Virus record (IMG/VR): IMGVR_UViG_3300006169_000020
Span: 1 to 41,829 of that record
Direction: 5' to 3' (one strand)
Length of the DNA: 41,829 nt
DNA from: a virus
Taxonomy: Duplodnaviria > Caudoviricetes
The notes under the pieces were generated by a model, which saw only the letters and a program-made list of their open reading frames with translations, was not told where the DNA came from and made no database searches. Shown here piece after piece: positions 18,161 to 26,781 of the stretch (the first letter of the stretch is position 1; every line of letters begins with the position of its first letter). Position numbers and translations under genes: made by a program.

Positions 18161-19029
18161 GACCCACCACCCCCACGTGACCCCCGAGACCCACGCCTGC
18201 GAGGTGGTCGCTCACCCCGTACAGACCCGCTCCTGCCAGTCCCGTCCCGACCCTGCCCGGCCCGATCCCGTCCCGACCCGTCCCGGCTTCCGGATGGGCG
18301 ATCGCCGATCGATCGCCGATCCGGTCCCGATACGGGGTCCTCCGGAACCGGCCCGGACACGAACGGGCGCCCGAAGTGGGCCTCGAGCCGTTCCGCGGTC
18401 TTCGGGTGGAAGTACGGCCGCTCAGGAGGCGCCAGGAGCGGCATCACAGCGTCGATCTCGGCCTCGGACATGCCCTCGACCCGCAGGGCGTCCCGACGCC
18501 GGTTACAGCCCTTGCACGCCACCACGTACGTGTCGACCGTGGTCGCCCGGTGGCGGTCCCTGGAGTCGAACTGGCGCGACCGGTTCGACTTCTGGTCGTG
18601 AGGGCTGTTGCAGCTGACCCCGCAGTACCGGCACTGGTCGCCATCACGCGCCAGCACCGGCATCGTCAGGTCCGGGTTCTTCCGGTCCCGGTCGCGGGCA
18701 CGGTCCCTCAGGACGGCCTCACGCAACCGGATGTGGATGAACTCCGGGTCCTCGAGCAGCTTGAACCCCTGGCGCCCCGGGAGCCGCGTCAGCAAACCAG
18801 TGCGGATGCACTGGGCGACAAGCGTCTTCCACCGGGTCGGCCCACCCATCATCATGACGGTGCCCAGGTCGAGGTGGTAGTCCGTCATGTGCCCCGCGGA
18901 CTGTCCGGCGCAGCGCCAGAGGAACCCGGCAACCTCGTTGACGGTGCGCTCGTCAGCATCGCTGAGAGCTGCGACCTGCATGAGGTGCGGGTAGGTGGCT
19001 GCGTTGTCGCCGAAGCGGCCCCAGGGCAT
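18157..19029 (-). CDS. Putative replication initiator with degenerate HNH domain
   Basis: MPWGRFGD N-terminus, RDGDQCRYCG...VVACKGCN, and a C-terminal GRDG low-complexity tail encoded by CCCGT/CCCGA repeats; GGAGG RBS. Confidence 0.55.
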   Translation of the reverse strand: MPWGRFGDNAATYPHLMQVAALSDADERTVNEVAGFLWRCAGQSAGHMTDYHLDLGTVMMMGGPTRWKTLVAQCIRTGLLTRLPGRQGFKLLEDPEFIHIRLREAVLRDRARDRDRKNPDLTMPVLARDGDQCRYCGVSCNSPHDQKSNRSRQFDSRDRHRATTVDTYVVACKGCNRRRDALRVEGMSEAEIDAVMPLLAPPERPYFHPKTAERLEAHFGRPFVSGPVPEDPVSGPDRRSIGDRPSGSRDGSGRDRAGQGRDGTGRSGSVRGERPPRRRGSRGSRGGGGS

Positions 19030-19090
19030 GTGTGACGGGCCTCCATCGAGGTCGGGAAGGGGAAGGGCTGGACAGGTGCCACGGCCGGTC

Positions 19091-19546
19091 TCAGCCCGTG
19101 TCTGGTGGACCCGCCGGCCCACTGCTGTCGAGGACCCCCGCAGCAACCACGAGCAGCAGGGCCGTGAGCAGCCACTGCCACCACGAGCCCGGGGCCCAGA
19201 TCGCCGCGAGAGCCGCCGCCGCGGCCGCGGTCCCCGTGAGGAAGGTGCGCGCGATGCGCAGGCGAGCCTCGTCCTGGCCGTCTCCGGCGGTGCCGATGAT
19301 CCGCGGGATGTAGTCCTTGAGCTGCTGCCGCTTCTCGTCGTCCCACCGGTCGTTGAGACGGATCAGGTAGGAGGTGAGGACGGGGGAGACGCACTTCGGG
19401 TGGTCGGTGTGAGGCTCGCCGGCCACGTAGGCGGCGGCCTCCATGACGCACATGTCCTTGCCGGCCTGCTCGGCGTCGTGACCGCCGGACAGGAGGTCGA
19501 GGCTGTCGAGGGCGGCGAGCCGCTCGGGGATGATCAGGTTGCTCAT
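19091..19546 (-). CDS. Hypothetical protein with C-terminal hydrophobic segment
   Basis: 151 aa; CVMEAAAYVAGEPHTDHPKCVSPVL domain followed by two hydrophobic stretches. Confidence 0.65.
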   Translation of the reverse strand: MSNLIIPERLAALDSLDLLSGGHDAEQAGKDMCVMEAAAYVAGEPHTDHPKCVSPVLTSYLIRLNDRWDDEKRQQLKDYIPRIIGTAGDGQDEARLRIARTFLTGTAAAAAALAAIWAPGSWWQWLLTALLLVVAAGVLDSSGPAGPPDTG

Positions 19547-19719
19547 CGGAGGTTCCTTCCGTTGGGGTGGTTGAGGGCGATGCACTTCAGGCACTGGTTG
19601 GCGATCTGGTTGGACCGGTGGTCGTCGAGCCGCTTCGTGCTCGCGCGGTGATCGACGCAGAGCAGCAGCGGCTTCTCGGGCTCGGCGTGGGACCAGCCGT
19701 GGGAGTCGAGGTCGGTCAC
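19543..19719 (-). CDS. Hypothetical protein
   Basis: 58 aa, 4-bp overlaps on both sides. Confidence 0.55.
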   Translation of the reverse strand: MTDLDSHGWSHAEPEKPLLLCVDHRASTKRLDDHRSNQIANQCLKCIALNHPNGRNLR

Positions 19720-20081
19720 CGGTCGTTGCCTTCGCACTCACGGCGGAAGGTCTTGAGCTCGGGGTCCCACTGGTAGCGGCAGAGCGCGAACATGACGGCG
19801 CCGTCGGGGAGGGCCTCGTGAGTCGGCAGGAACGCCGTCGTGCGAAGGCAGTGCGTGCACCGGCCGCCGTCGACGGCCTTCTCGCAGAGATCGAGCGTGG
19901 CGGCCACGTGGTTCGGCCCGCAGCCGACCTTGAAGTGGCGCCCGCCCCAGTGGGCGATCGCCACGACGACCACGGGGAACTCTTCGTGCGCATCGGTGAT
20001 GCGGAACTCGATGCCCTTCACGCCGGAGCGACGCAGCAGCTCGATGCCAGCCGATCCGCGTGGGTCCTGCTCCGCCGTCAT
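19716..20081 (-). CDS. Hypothetical protein
   Basis: 121 aa, coupled; DGGRCTHC...CRYQWDPELKTF. Confidence 0.65.
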   Translation of the reverse strand: MTAEQDPRGSAGIELLRRSGVKGIEFRITDAHEEFPVVVVAIAHWGGRHFKVGCGPNHVAATLDLCEKAVDGGRCTHCLRTTAFLPTHEALPDGAVMFALCRYQWDPELKTFRRECEGNDR

Positions 20082-20344
20082 ACCGGATCACCACCGAACA
20101 GGGCGGGTGCCGGCTCGGGCGGCGCCAGGTAGGTCTCGACCTCGTCGGCGAGCCTCTGCCACAGCGACCTCGTGGGCGGGTCGGACTCGATCTGCGCCAT
20201 GCGCTTGAAGTGCTTCAGCTCGTTTGCGAGCGCGCGGGAGGTGGTGGGTGTGGTCGGGGTGGCCGGTGTGGTGGGGTAGCGATCGGAGTCGTCCTCGTCG
20301 GCTTCGGTTGCGGTGCAGGGGCCGTCGGTGAAGCGGTCAGTCAT
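20078..20344 (-). CDS. Hypothetical protein
   Basis: 88 aa, overlapping neighbours. Confidence 0.55.
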   Translation of the reverse strand: MTDRFTDGPCTATEADEDDSDRYPTTPATPTTPTTSRALANELKHFKRMAQIESDPPTRSLWQRLADEVETYLAPPEPAPALFGGDPV

Positions 20345-21095
20345 CGTCCTCGTCCGCTTCGTCGGCTCTCGCGACGATCGCCTCCCAGGCGGAGTCGTCG
20401 ACCTGGTCGGGGATGCGGCGGTTCCACGCCTTGCGGTGCTCGGCGAGGCGGGCCTTCTCGTCGTCGTCGATCCAGCGGGGCGAGACGATGCCGAGGAAGC
20501 TCTCGCCGCAGCGGATGATGACGGTGTGCCGATCCTCGCGGGTGGGGTGGAACTCGAGGACGAGGTCGACGCCGTAGACCTTGCAGGCGCCGACCATGCG
20601 GGCGAGGTTGGGGCCGAAGAGGAGTGACTCGCCGCCGGGTGGGCCGGACGGGGGCTGGTGCACGAAGTGGCCGAGGGAGCGGGTCACGTTGGGGCGGTGC
20701 TCCCGGTCGGGCTGGCGGGGGAGGACGAGCTGCGGGCCCTCGAAGAACCCGGACGCGTCGGTGAGGGTGACGTGGTCGGGGTCGACGTCGAGACGGAGCT
20801 CGGCGCCGGGCTCACCGTCCTTGCCGGGCTTGCCCTGGAAGACCTGCAGGATCTTCTTGACGTCCGGGACGGACAGGTCGAACGGGGCGACCTCACCATC
20901 GTCGGCGTCGAGCGTCAGCGTGGACACGATCGCGAGCGCGGCCGCGGACCCGTTGGACGCGGTGACTTCGGTGACGTGCGGGCCCGGGGTGATCGTGACG
21001 CAGGAGAATGACGGGAGGTCCTTCTCCGTGAACGGGTGGGTCGCGGTGAGCGCGGATCGCAGGTCCGCGGTCTCGACGAGGAGGTGGAGGTTCAT
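20337..21095 (-). CDS. Beta sliding-clamp-like protein
   Basis: 252 aa; VETADLRSAL...VTASNG...IRCGESFLGIVSP resembles DnaN-fold phage proteins (weak, by eye). Confidence 0.45.
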   Translation of the reverse strand: MNLHLLVETADLRSALTATHPFTEKDLPSFSCVTITPGPHVTEVTASNGSAAALAIVSTLTLDADDGEVAPFDLSVPDVKKILQVFQGKPGKDGEPGAELRLDVDPDHVTLTDASGFFEGPQLVLPRQPDREHRPNVTRSLGHFVHQPPSGPPGGESLLFGPNLARMVGACKVYGVDLVLEFHPTREDRHTVIIRCGESFLGIVSPRWIDDDEKARLAEHRKAWNRRIPDQVDDSAWEAIVARADEADEDDD

Positions 21096-21418
21096 GCCTG
21101 CACCGCCGTGTCGGTGCGGCGGCGGGTGGGCTTCGCGGGCTGTGAGGTGAGGTGCCACCCCTTGCACATGGGGCACGCGTACCAGCGGCACTCGTGGCGG
21201 TGGCCGCGGCCGGCGTTCTTCGCGACGACGGTGCCGACGAGCTCGGTGCGGGCCTCCTGCTCGGTGAGGTACTTCACCTTCCCGGTGGGGCACTTCCGGC
21301 GGGCGGCGCGGCGTCGCTGCGGTGGGGTGGCGGCGTTGCGTTGCTCCGCTGCCAGGCGCTTCGCCTTGCGTCGCTGGGTGGCTGCGCCGCGGCCCTGACG
21401 GCCCGTGTACGCGCTCAT
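21092..21418 (-). CDS. Basic Zn-finger-like hypothetical protein
   Basis: CPTGKVKY...YACPMCKGWHLTS. Confidence 0.65.
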   Translation of the reverse strand: MSAYTGRQGRGAATQRRKAKRLAAEQRNAATPPQRRRAARRKCPTGKVKYLTEQEARTELVGTVVAKNAGRGHRHECRWYACPMCKGWHLTSQPAKPTRRRTDTAVQA

Positions 21419-21630
21419 GGGCGTGGTTCCCGGGTCGCGCGGAGCGCGGCGCCTAGGGCGGCCATCGCGGCCCCGAGACGGGCCATGGGGCGGGACACCT
21501 CGACCCACGCGGCCGCGAGGGCCTCACCGGTCTCGAGGGCGGCCTCGCCGGCTTCCTTGGCTGCGGTGGCGACGGCGCGGCGGGAGTCGATGCGGGTGTT
21601 GCGGTGGAGTCTCAGCTGTGGCTCCGACAT
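21415..21630 (-). CDS. Hypothetical protein
   Basis: 71 aa, Ala-rich, coupled on both sides. Confidence 0.55.
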   Translation of the reverse strand: MSEPQLRLHRNTRIDSRRAVATAAKEAGEAALETGEALAAAWVEVSRPMARLGAAMAALGAALRATREPRP

Positions 21631-23192
21631 CAGGCGGCACCGTCCTCGGTCTCGTCGTGGTCCTGGGAGGGGAGGTGACCTTTGTTGTCGAGGCCGAACT
21701 GGTGCCGCTCGAAGTCGGACCACTCGTAGGCGAGGTCGTCGGTCAGGGTGTGGATCCACTCAACGGCGGGGTCGAGGGCGTCCGGGTCGAACTGCACGTA
21801 CAGCTGGGTGAGCTCGTGGTCGGTCATGTGGATGTGCGGCAGTGCGGCGAGGATCGCGACGGCTGGGAGGCTGAGCTTGGTGAGGGCCCGCTCGAGCAGG
21901 TCGCGTCGCTTCTCCGGCTCCTCGACCTCCGGGGCGAGGCGCAACACCTTCGCGATCACGGCCCAGCCGGCGGTGTAGAACCTGCCGGTGGGGAGCGGGT
22001 ACTCGTTGTAGCCGCTGCCCTGCTCAGCGGGGAGCAGGTGCCGGATCAGGAGCCGCTTGGCGAGGTCCTCGTTGCCGCCGGCGTGGAGGATTTGGCCGAC
22101 GTGCTCACGCCGGACCTCAGCGGCCGCGTCGAGCTGCCGGCGCAGGGCCTCACGCTCACGCTGTTCCTTCGCGCGGCGCTCGTCCTCAGCGTCGCGGGCC
22201 GCCTTCTCCTCCGGGGTGGTGGGCAGCGGGGTGTCGTTGACGGGTCGGGGGCTGCCCGTCGACCGGTGCACGTTCGGCTGGGTGCAGCCGAACTCGACCT
22301 CACGGGTGGAGGCCTTCGGGTTGACCCACACCACGTGGCCAGGGCAGTCCTGGTGCCCCTTCTTCACGAACTCCCACTTGGCCTGGGCAGATGCGTAGCT
22401 GGGGTAGTGCCCGACGCCCGCCACGTAGCCGACGCAGTAGTCCAGCCGGGAGGAGCCCTCGTCGGCGGCGAGGGTGCTGCTCGGTGTCGGCTTCTGGTCG
22501 ACCTCGACCATGCCCGCGTCACGGATCTGCTTCAGCGTCGACCGGTAGTCCTGGTCCGCCTTCCGCTCGGCCTTGGCCCGCTGCAGCGCGAGGGCGAAGT
22601 TCGGGGTGCCCGCGGCCTTGTCGAGGTCGGCCATGACCTCCGGGTCAGAGACGAACGCGGCCGCCTCGAGCGCCTCGGTGACGTGGATCTGGCCCTCGTG
22701 CACGCGGGTCTGGATGCCGTCGGGCAGCTTCACCAGCTTGAGCCGGTCGCGGACGCGGCGGGCCGGCATCGCGACCCGCTCGGCCACCTTCGCCTGCGTC
22801 AACCCGGTCAGGTCGAGGAGCAGCTGGTAGCCCTCGGCCTCCTCGATCGGGGTCAGGTCCTCACGGTGGCCGTTCTCGATCATCATGACCTCGACCTGGT
22901 CCGCCAGAGCGGTCAGGTCATGGCGGACCAGGGAGGGGATCGTGGCCGCCTTCGCGACCTTCGCCGCGGCGTGCCGGCGGTGCCCGGCGAGGAGGATGTG
23001 CGTGACAGCCTTCGGTGCCCTCGGCCACGCGTCACGGTCGATCGGGGCGACCAGGACCGGCTCGAGGAGACCGTGCTCCTTCACCGACGCCGCCATGTCC
23101 GTGACGTCGCCGACGTCACGGCGGCGGTTCTTCGGGTGCGGCCAGATCTGCGACGGCTTCAACTGCTCAAGGGTGGTGCTGTCAGTGCTCAC
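21630..23192 (-). CDS. ParB/RepB/Spo0J-family protein
   Basis: HPKNRR, GLLEPVLV, LAGHRRHAA, IENGHREDLTPIEEA and HTH LTQAKVAERV; AGGAGG RBS before GTG at 23192. Confidence 0.85.
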   Translation of the reverse strand: MSTDSTTLEQLKPSQIWPHPKNRRRDVGDVTDMAASVKEHGLLEPVLVAPIDRDAWPRAPKAVTHILLAGHRRHAAAKVAKAATIPSLVRHDLTALADQVEVMMIENGHREDLTPIEEAEGYQLLLDLTGLTQAKVAERVAMPARRVRDRLKLVKLPDGIQTRVHEGQIHVTEALEAAAFVSDPEVMADLDKAAGTPNFALALQRAKAERKADQDYRSTLKQIRDAGMVEVDQKPTPSSTLAADEGSSRLDYCVGYVAGVGHYPSYASAQAKWEFVKKGHQDCPGHVVWVNPKASTREVEFGCTQPNVHRSTGSPRPVNDTPLPTTPEEKAARDAEDERRAKEQREREALRRQLDAAAEVRREHVGQILHAGGNEDLAKRLLIRHLLPAEQGSGYNEYPLPTGRFYTAGWAVIAKVLRLAPEVEEPEKRRDLLERALTKLSLPAVAILAALPHIHMTDHELTQLYVQFDPDALDPAVEWIHTLTDDLAYEWSDFERHQFGLDNKGHLPSQDHDETEDGAA

Positions 23193-23235
23193 AACGTCCT
23201 CCTGGACGGGTCTCGGCGCGGGTGAGGTTGGAAGG

Positions 23236-23550
23236 TCAGGCGGCGACGTGCAGGTGCCGCCGCGGACGGAGCGCGGCCGTGAGGACGGCGCGGTGGGCGG
23301 CGGCGTCCGGGTCCGCACCCAGTCGGGCGAGGAGCGCGCGGGCGTCGCGGGTGGCCGGGTCGATCAGGTCGAGCTGGTCGCGGGCGTCGACGTGGACGGC
23401 ACAGCACTCGGCCGCCTCCGCGGCCGCGCGTGCGGCTGCACGGTGGCCGCCGGCGAGGTGAACCACCGCGGCGCGGGCGGTCGCATACGCCGCCGACCGC
23501 TCCCGGTACGTCAGCTGGCCGAACTCGGCCACCGAGGGCAGGGAGGTCAC
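23236..23550 (-). CDS. Hypothetical protein
   Basis: 104 aa, coupled to the upstream stop. Confidence 0.55.
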   Translation of the reverse strand: MTSLPSVAEFGQLTYRERSAAYATARAAVVHLAGGHRAAARAAAEAAECCAVHVDARDQLDLIDPATRDARALLARLGADPDAAAHRAVLTAALRPRRHLHVAA

Positions 23551-24563
23551 TGGGGGGCGCCCGGGGTGGGGTGGGCCGCCTCGTACGCCTCACGGGTGGC
23601 CTTGAGGATGCGGTGCTCGTTCTCCGCCATGAGGCCCTCACGGCGCGCCCAAGTGCGGATCGCGTCGTCGCGGCGGGCCTTGGCGTCGCGCTTGACGTTG
23701 GTCTTCGCGACGGCGGGCAGGCGGACAAGGAACTCCTCGACACGGCGGCCCGGCTGGGCGTTGTACCGGTCAACAAGCACGGCCGCGACGAGGCGGGCCA
23801 TGACACCCTTGTGGGCCTCACGCAGCTGCGCGGCGCGGGCCTTGACCTGGCGGGGGGCGATGTCCTGCATCGCCGCGACGAGCCGGTCCGGGGAGATCTC
23901 GGTCTCGAGGTCGTAGTGGTGCAGCACCAGGGCGAGACCGTGGAGGAGTGCCCCGTCGAGGGCGTCAGCGGCGCGGCCCCACGCGGCAACCAGCAGCCCG
24001 AACGTGGAGTCGAGCAGGTCGAGGCCTCCGAGGACGACGACGTCCTCCGCCGCCCTCGTCGCGCGGAACACACCGTCACGGGTCGCGGCCGACACCTGCA
24101 GGTTGTGCCGGTTCACGACCTCCTCGATGTCGAGGACGACCTGCTCACCGGAGCCGCGGCGGGCCCACCACCGGTCCCACCCGGTCAGGTTCCGGCGGGA
24201 CCGGTCGATCCCGTAGAACAGGGCCGCCTCCTGCGCCACCGTCAGGCCGCGGTGCACGTTGCACACCAGCGTTCCGGAGGCGCCGTGGAGTTCCCGGACG
24301 ACAGCCCACCGGTGCTGCCCGTCGATCACGGCATACCGGCCGTCGTCGCGCTGGGAGACGTCGATGATGCCGAGGAGGGAAAGGTCGAACGCGTCAACCA
24401 TCCGCTGCACCCGGGAGTCGTCCAAGGGCCGCTGGTACGCGGAGTCGGGGAACACCTCACCCACGCGCAGGGACGCGATGAACGGTGGAGGCAGCTGGGG
24501 TGCGTCAGGTGCGGTGAGGTCGATCTGGTCGAGGACGTCGTCGACAGCAGTGGTCAAGGTCAC
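23547..24563 (-). CDS. ParB/Srx-fold protein (DUF6551-like) with C-terminal Lsr2-like DNA-binding domain
   Basis: YQRPL...VIDGQHR...EAALF ParB-like core; C-terminus AIRTWARREGL...RI...REAYEAAH resembles the Lsr2 C-domain. Confidence 0.7.
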   Translation of the reverse strand: MTLTTAVDDVLDQIDLTAPDAPQLPPPFIASLRVGEVFPDSAYQRPLDDSRVQRMVDAFDLSLLGIIDVSQRDDGRYAVIDGQHRWAVVRELHGASGTLVCNVHRGLTVAQEAALFYGIDRSRRNLTGWDRWWARRGSGEQVVLDIEEVVNRHNLQVSAATRDGVFRATRAAEDVVVLGGLDLLDSTFGLLVAAWGRAADALDGALLHGLALVLHHYDLETEISPDRLVAAMQDIAPRQVKARAAQLREAHKGVMARLVAAVLVDRYNAQPGRRVEEFLVRLPAVAKTNVKRDAKARRDDAIRTWARREGLMAENEHRILKATREAYEAAHPTPGAPQ

Positions 24564-24976
24564 TTCCGTGTCCTGTCTGTGAGGAGGTTGCTACGGAGGT
24601 AGTGCTGGGTGATGTCGAGCTCGGCCGCGATCTCGGCGTCGGAGAGGCCAGCAGCGAGGAGGCGGCCGGCGCGCTGAGCGAGGGACGGGCCGGCGGTGAA
24701 CGTCATGGCCACCGGGCGGATCCCGTGCCGGGCACGGAGCTCGTCACGCTCCTTGTCGGTCGTGCCGCCCCACACGCCCTCGACCAGGTGCGTCAACGCG
24801 AACCCCAGACACGGGCGCATGAACGGGCACGCCGCGCACGCTGCCCTCGCCGCCGGCGGGGCCGGCTTCAAGTAGCCGCGGGGAAAGAACAGCTCCGGCT
24901 CGATGCGAGTGCACGGCTGCGAACCGTCGAAGTCTGGGTACGGGACGACGACCTGCTCAACAGCCGCAGCGCTCAT
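24560..24976 (-). CDS. whiB: WhiB-family transcription factor with C-terminal HTH
   Basis: C...PELFFP...CAACP....C...GVWGGTT..ER; extra GLSDAEIAAELDIT HTH. Confidence 0.88.
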   Translation of the reverse strand: MSAAAVEQVVVPYPDFDGSQPCTRIEPELFFPRGYLKPAPPAARAACAACPFMRPCLGFALTHLVEGVWGGTTDKERDELRARHGIRPVAMTFTAGPSLAQRAGRLLAAGLSDAEIAAELDITQHYLRSNLLTDRTRK

Positions 24977-25425
24977 GGCCGGTCCGTCTCACCGGTCTCG
25001 TCGAACTCGCCGCCCCGGGAGCCCTCCCGGTACAGCGACAACGGGCCCCGCTCAGCCCGCAGGTCCTCGTTCGTCAACAGGTTCGGCACGACCCGCTCGT
25101 CGTAGGTGATCCACCGGTACGGGTCCGTCTCGTCGAGCGGGGCCGCGCCCGCCTTCACCCAGGCGATGCCGTCCCCGTCGAACACCACCTCACCCGGCTC
25201 GAGGACCGACAGCGACAGCATCGACAACGGCCCGGTCGGGTCAGCCCGGAGCAGGTCCGCCAGCTGCAGCTGGAACGCCTGGTGCACCGCGATCGCCACG
25301 ACCGACGTCGCCGGCAACCGCTCACCACACGTGCACACCAACGACTTCGTCGTCGAACGCACGTCGTCAGGCTGGTGCGCGTGGAGCAGCTCCACCGCCC
25401 GGCCCCGGTTCTGGGTGACCGTCAC
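24973..25425 (-). CDS. Hypothetical protein
   Basis: 150 aa, 4-bp overlaps. Confidence 0.6.
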   Translation of the reverse strand: MTVTQNRGRAVELLHAHQPDDVRSTTKSLVCTCGERLPATSVVAIAVHQAFQLQLADLLRADPTGPLSMLSLSVLEPGEVVFDGDGIAWVKAGAAPLDETDPYRWITYDERVVPNLLTNEDLRAERGPLSLYREGSRGGEFDETGETDRP

Positions 25426-25811
25426 GACGACCCCCTGAGGACTCGCCTCGCGGCCGGGACACCCATGGCGGCCTCAAGCCCCGTGGAGAGGTCGTCCGAT
25501 GAGGCGCCGACACTGAGGCCGGAGTCGAGGAGGACACCCATCCGGCGGATCGCCCGGACCAGGTCACGGTCGGACAGGTGACTGTTCGCGACCCTCACCC
25601 GGCCGCCGTTCATCGTCGTGCGGATCGCGATCACCGCCGTTGCGACACAGCGTGTGGGGTGGCCGGGGCAGCGCCGGGCCGGTGCGAGCTGCGGCCCGGG
25701 CGGGAGACACCCGCAGTCCGGGTGGACGGCGTCCAGCGCCGCGTTCCACTCGGCCACCAGCGCCTTGAGCGGCTGGAGGGCCTCGACCTGCTCAGCCGTC
25801 AGGGTGCTCAT
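25422..25811 (-). CDS. Hypothetical protein
   Basis: 129 aa from a coupled ATG (MSTLTAEQVEAL...). Confidence 0.6.
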   Translation of the reverse strand: MSTLTAEQVEALQPLKALVAEWNAALDAVHPDCGCLPPGPQLAPARRCPGHPTRCVATAVIAIRTTMNGGRVRVANSHLSDRDLVRAIRRMGVLLDSGLSVGASSDDLSTGLEAAMGVPAARRVLRGSS

Positions 25812-26176
25812 GCCGCACGCTCCGCCGGCGGGGCCACAGGTGCGGTGCGGATCCGCTCCGCGATCGAGGCGAGCGTCTCGGGGGTGGTGTCGAGCAGTTG
25901 GGTGACGTCGTCGACCGCGTCGGCGACGAGGCGGCGCAGGACGGTCCGGTTCGTCGGGGCCGCCGGGACACCTGCCGCGGCCAGCACCAGGCGGGCAGCG
26001 GCCAGCGTGCCGGTGAGGCACCCGTCGGCGGTCCGGTGCAGGCCCGGGCAGTCGGGGTCGACGTCGAGCGCGGACACCTGGCGGCGGGTGCAGCGGCACA
26101 GCGTGCACGGCTGCGTCAGGAACTCGTGCGCGATGGTGAGGGCGTCGACGAGCACCCGGGCGGCCGGGCGGGTCAT
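25808..26176 (-). CDS. Hypothetical protein
   Basis: 122 aa with a Cys cluster; ATGA coupling. Confidence 0.6.
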   Translation of the reverse strand: MTRPAARVLVDALTIAHEFLTQPCTLCRCTRRQVSALDVDPDCPGLHRTADGCLTGTLAAARLVLAAAGVPAAPTNRTVLRRLVADAVDDVTQLLDTTPETLASIAERIRTAPVAPPAERAA

Positions 26177-26781
26177 GACGCGCTCCGGCGGCGCAGGTAG
26201 TCCGAGACGCCGGCGACGAGGTCAGCCGCGTCCTGGTCGAACGGGTCGTGGTTGATATAGGGCGGCCACCAGCCCAGGGCGACACCCTGCTGGTACGTCG
26301 ACTCGCACACGAACGTGAGCTGCAGCCGGCGGCCGACCGGGGTGTCGACCTCCTCGAGGACCGGGACCGTGCCGCGGCCGGGGCAGGGAGGGCGGCCGCA
26401 CCTGCGGCTGATCGGCGCCGGTGCCGGTGGCAGCTGTGGTGGTGACTCCGCGGCGCGGGCCCGGTGGCCGCGACGCCAGAGCGAGTGGACCAGGAGGAAG
26501 AACAGACCGGCCGCGACAAGGGCCGCCCACAGCGGCCACGAGATCGAGGAGTACTCCACCTCCGCCGGGACGACCGCGGCCGCCACGGCGACCGCCAGAG
26601 TGGTGCGGCCCTTGCTGCCGAACAGCATCCCGGCCGGGACCGGGCGGTGCCGGCCCTCATGCGTGATGCCGATCGACATCGCCTGCGCGTCACGCATCAG
26701 GCCGACGAACCAGCCCAACAGGCCCGGGCGGCGGTGCCGCCCCTGGTACTCCACCTCGACGGGGAAGTCGACGGTGACCAT
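26173..26781 (-). CDS. Putative membrane protein
   Basis: 202 aa; hydrophobic WPLWAALVAAGLFFLLVHSLW segment and a Cys-containing C-terminus. Confidence 0.55.
   Translation of the reverse strand: MVTVDFPVEVEYQGRHRRPGLLGWFVGLMRDAQAMSIGITHEGRHRPVPAGMLFGSKGRTTLAVAVAAAVVPAEVEYSSISWPLWAALVAAGLFFLLVHSLWRRGHRARAAESPPQLPPAPAPISRRCGRPPCPGRGTVPVLEEVDTPVGRRLQLTFVCESTYQQGVALGWWPPYINHDPFDQDAADLVAGVSDYLRRRSAS

Noticed and set aside
21630-24563. parABS plasmid-prophage maintenance system
   Set aside because: No ParA ATPase or plasmid Rep is recognisable, and the phage has an integration module.
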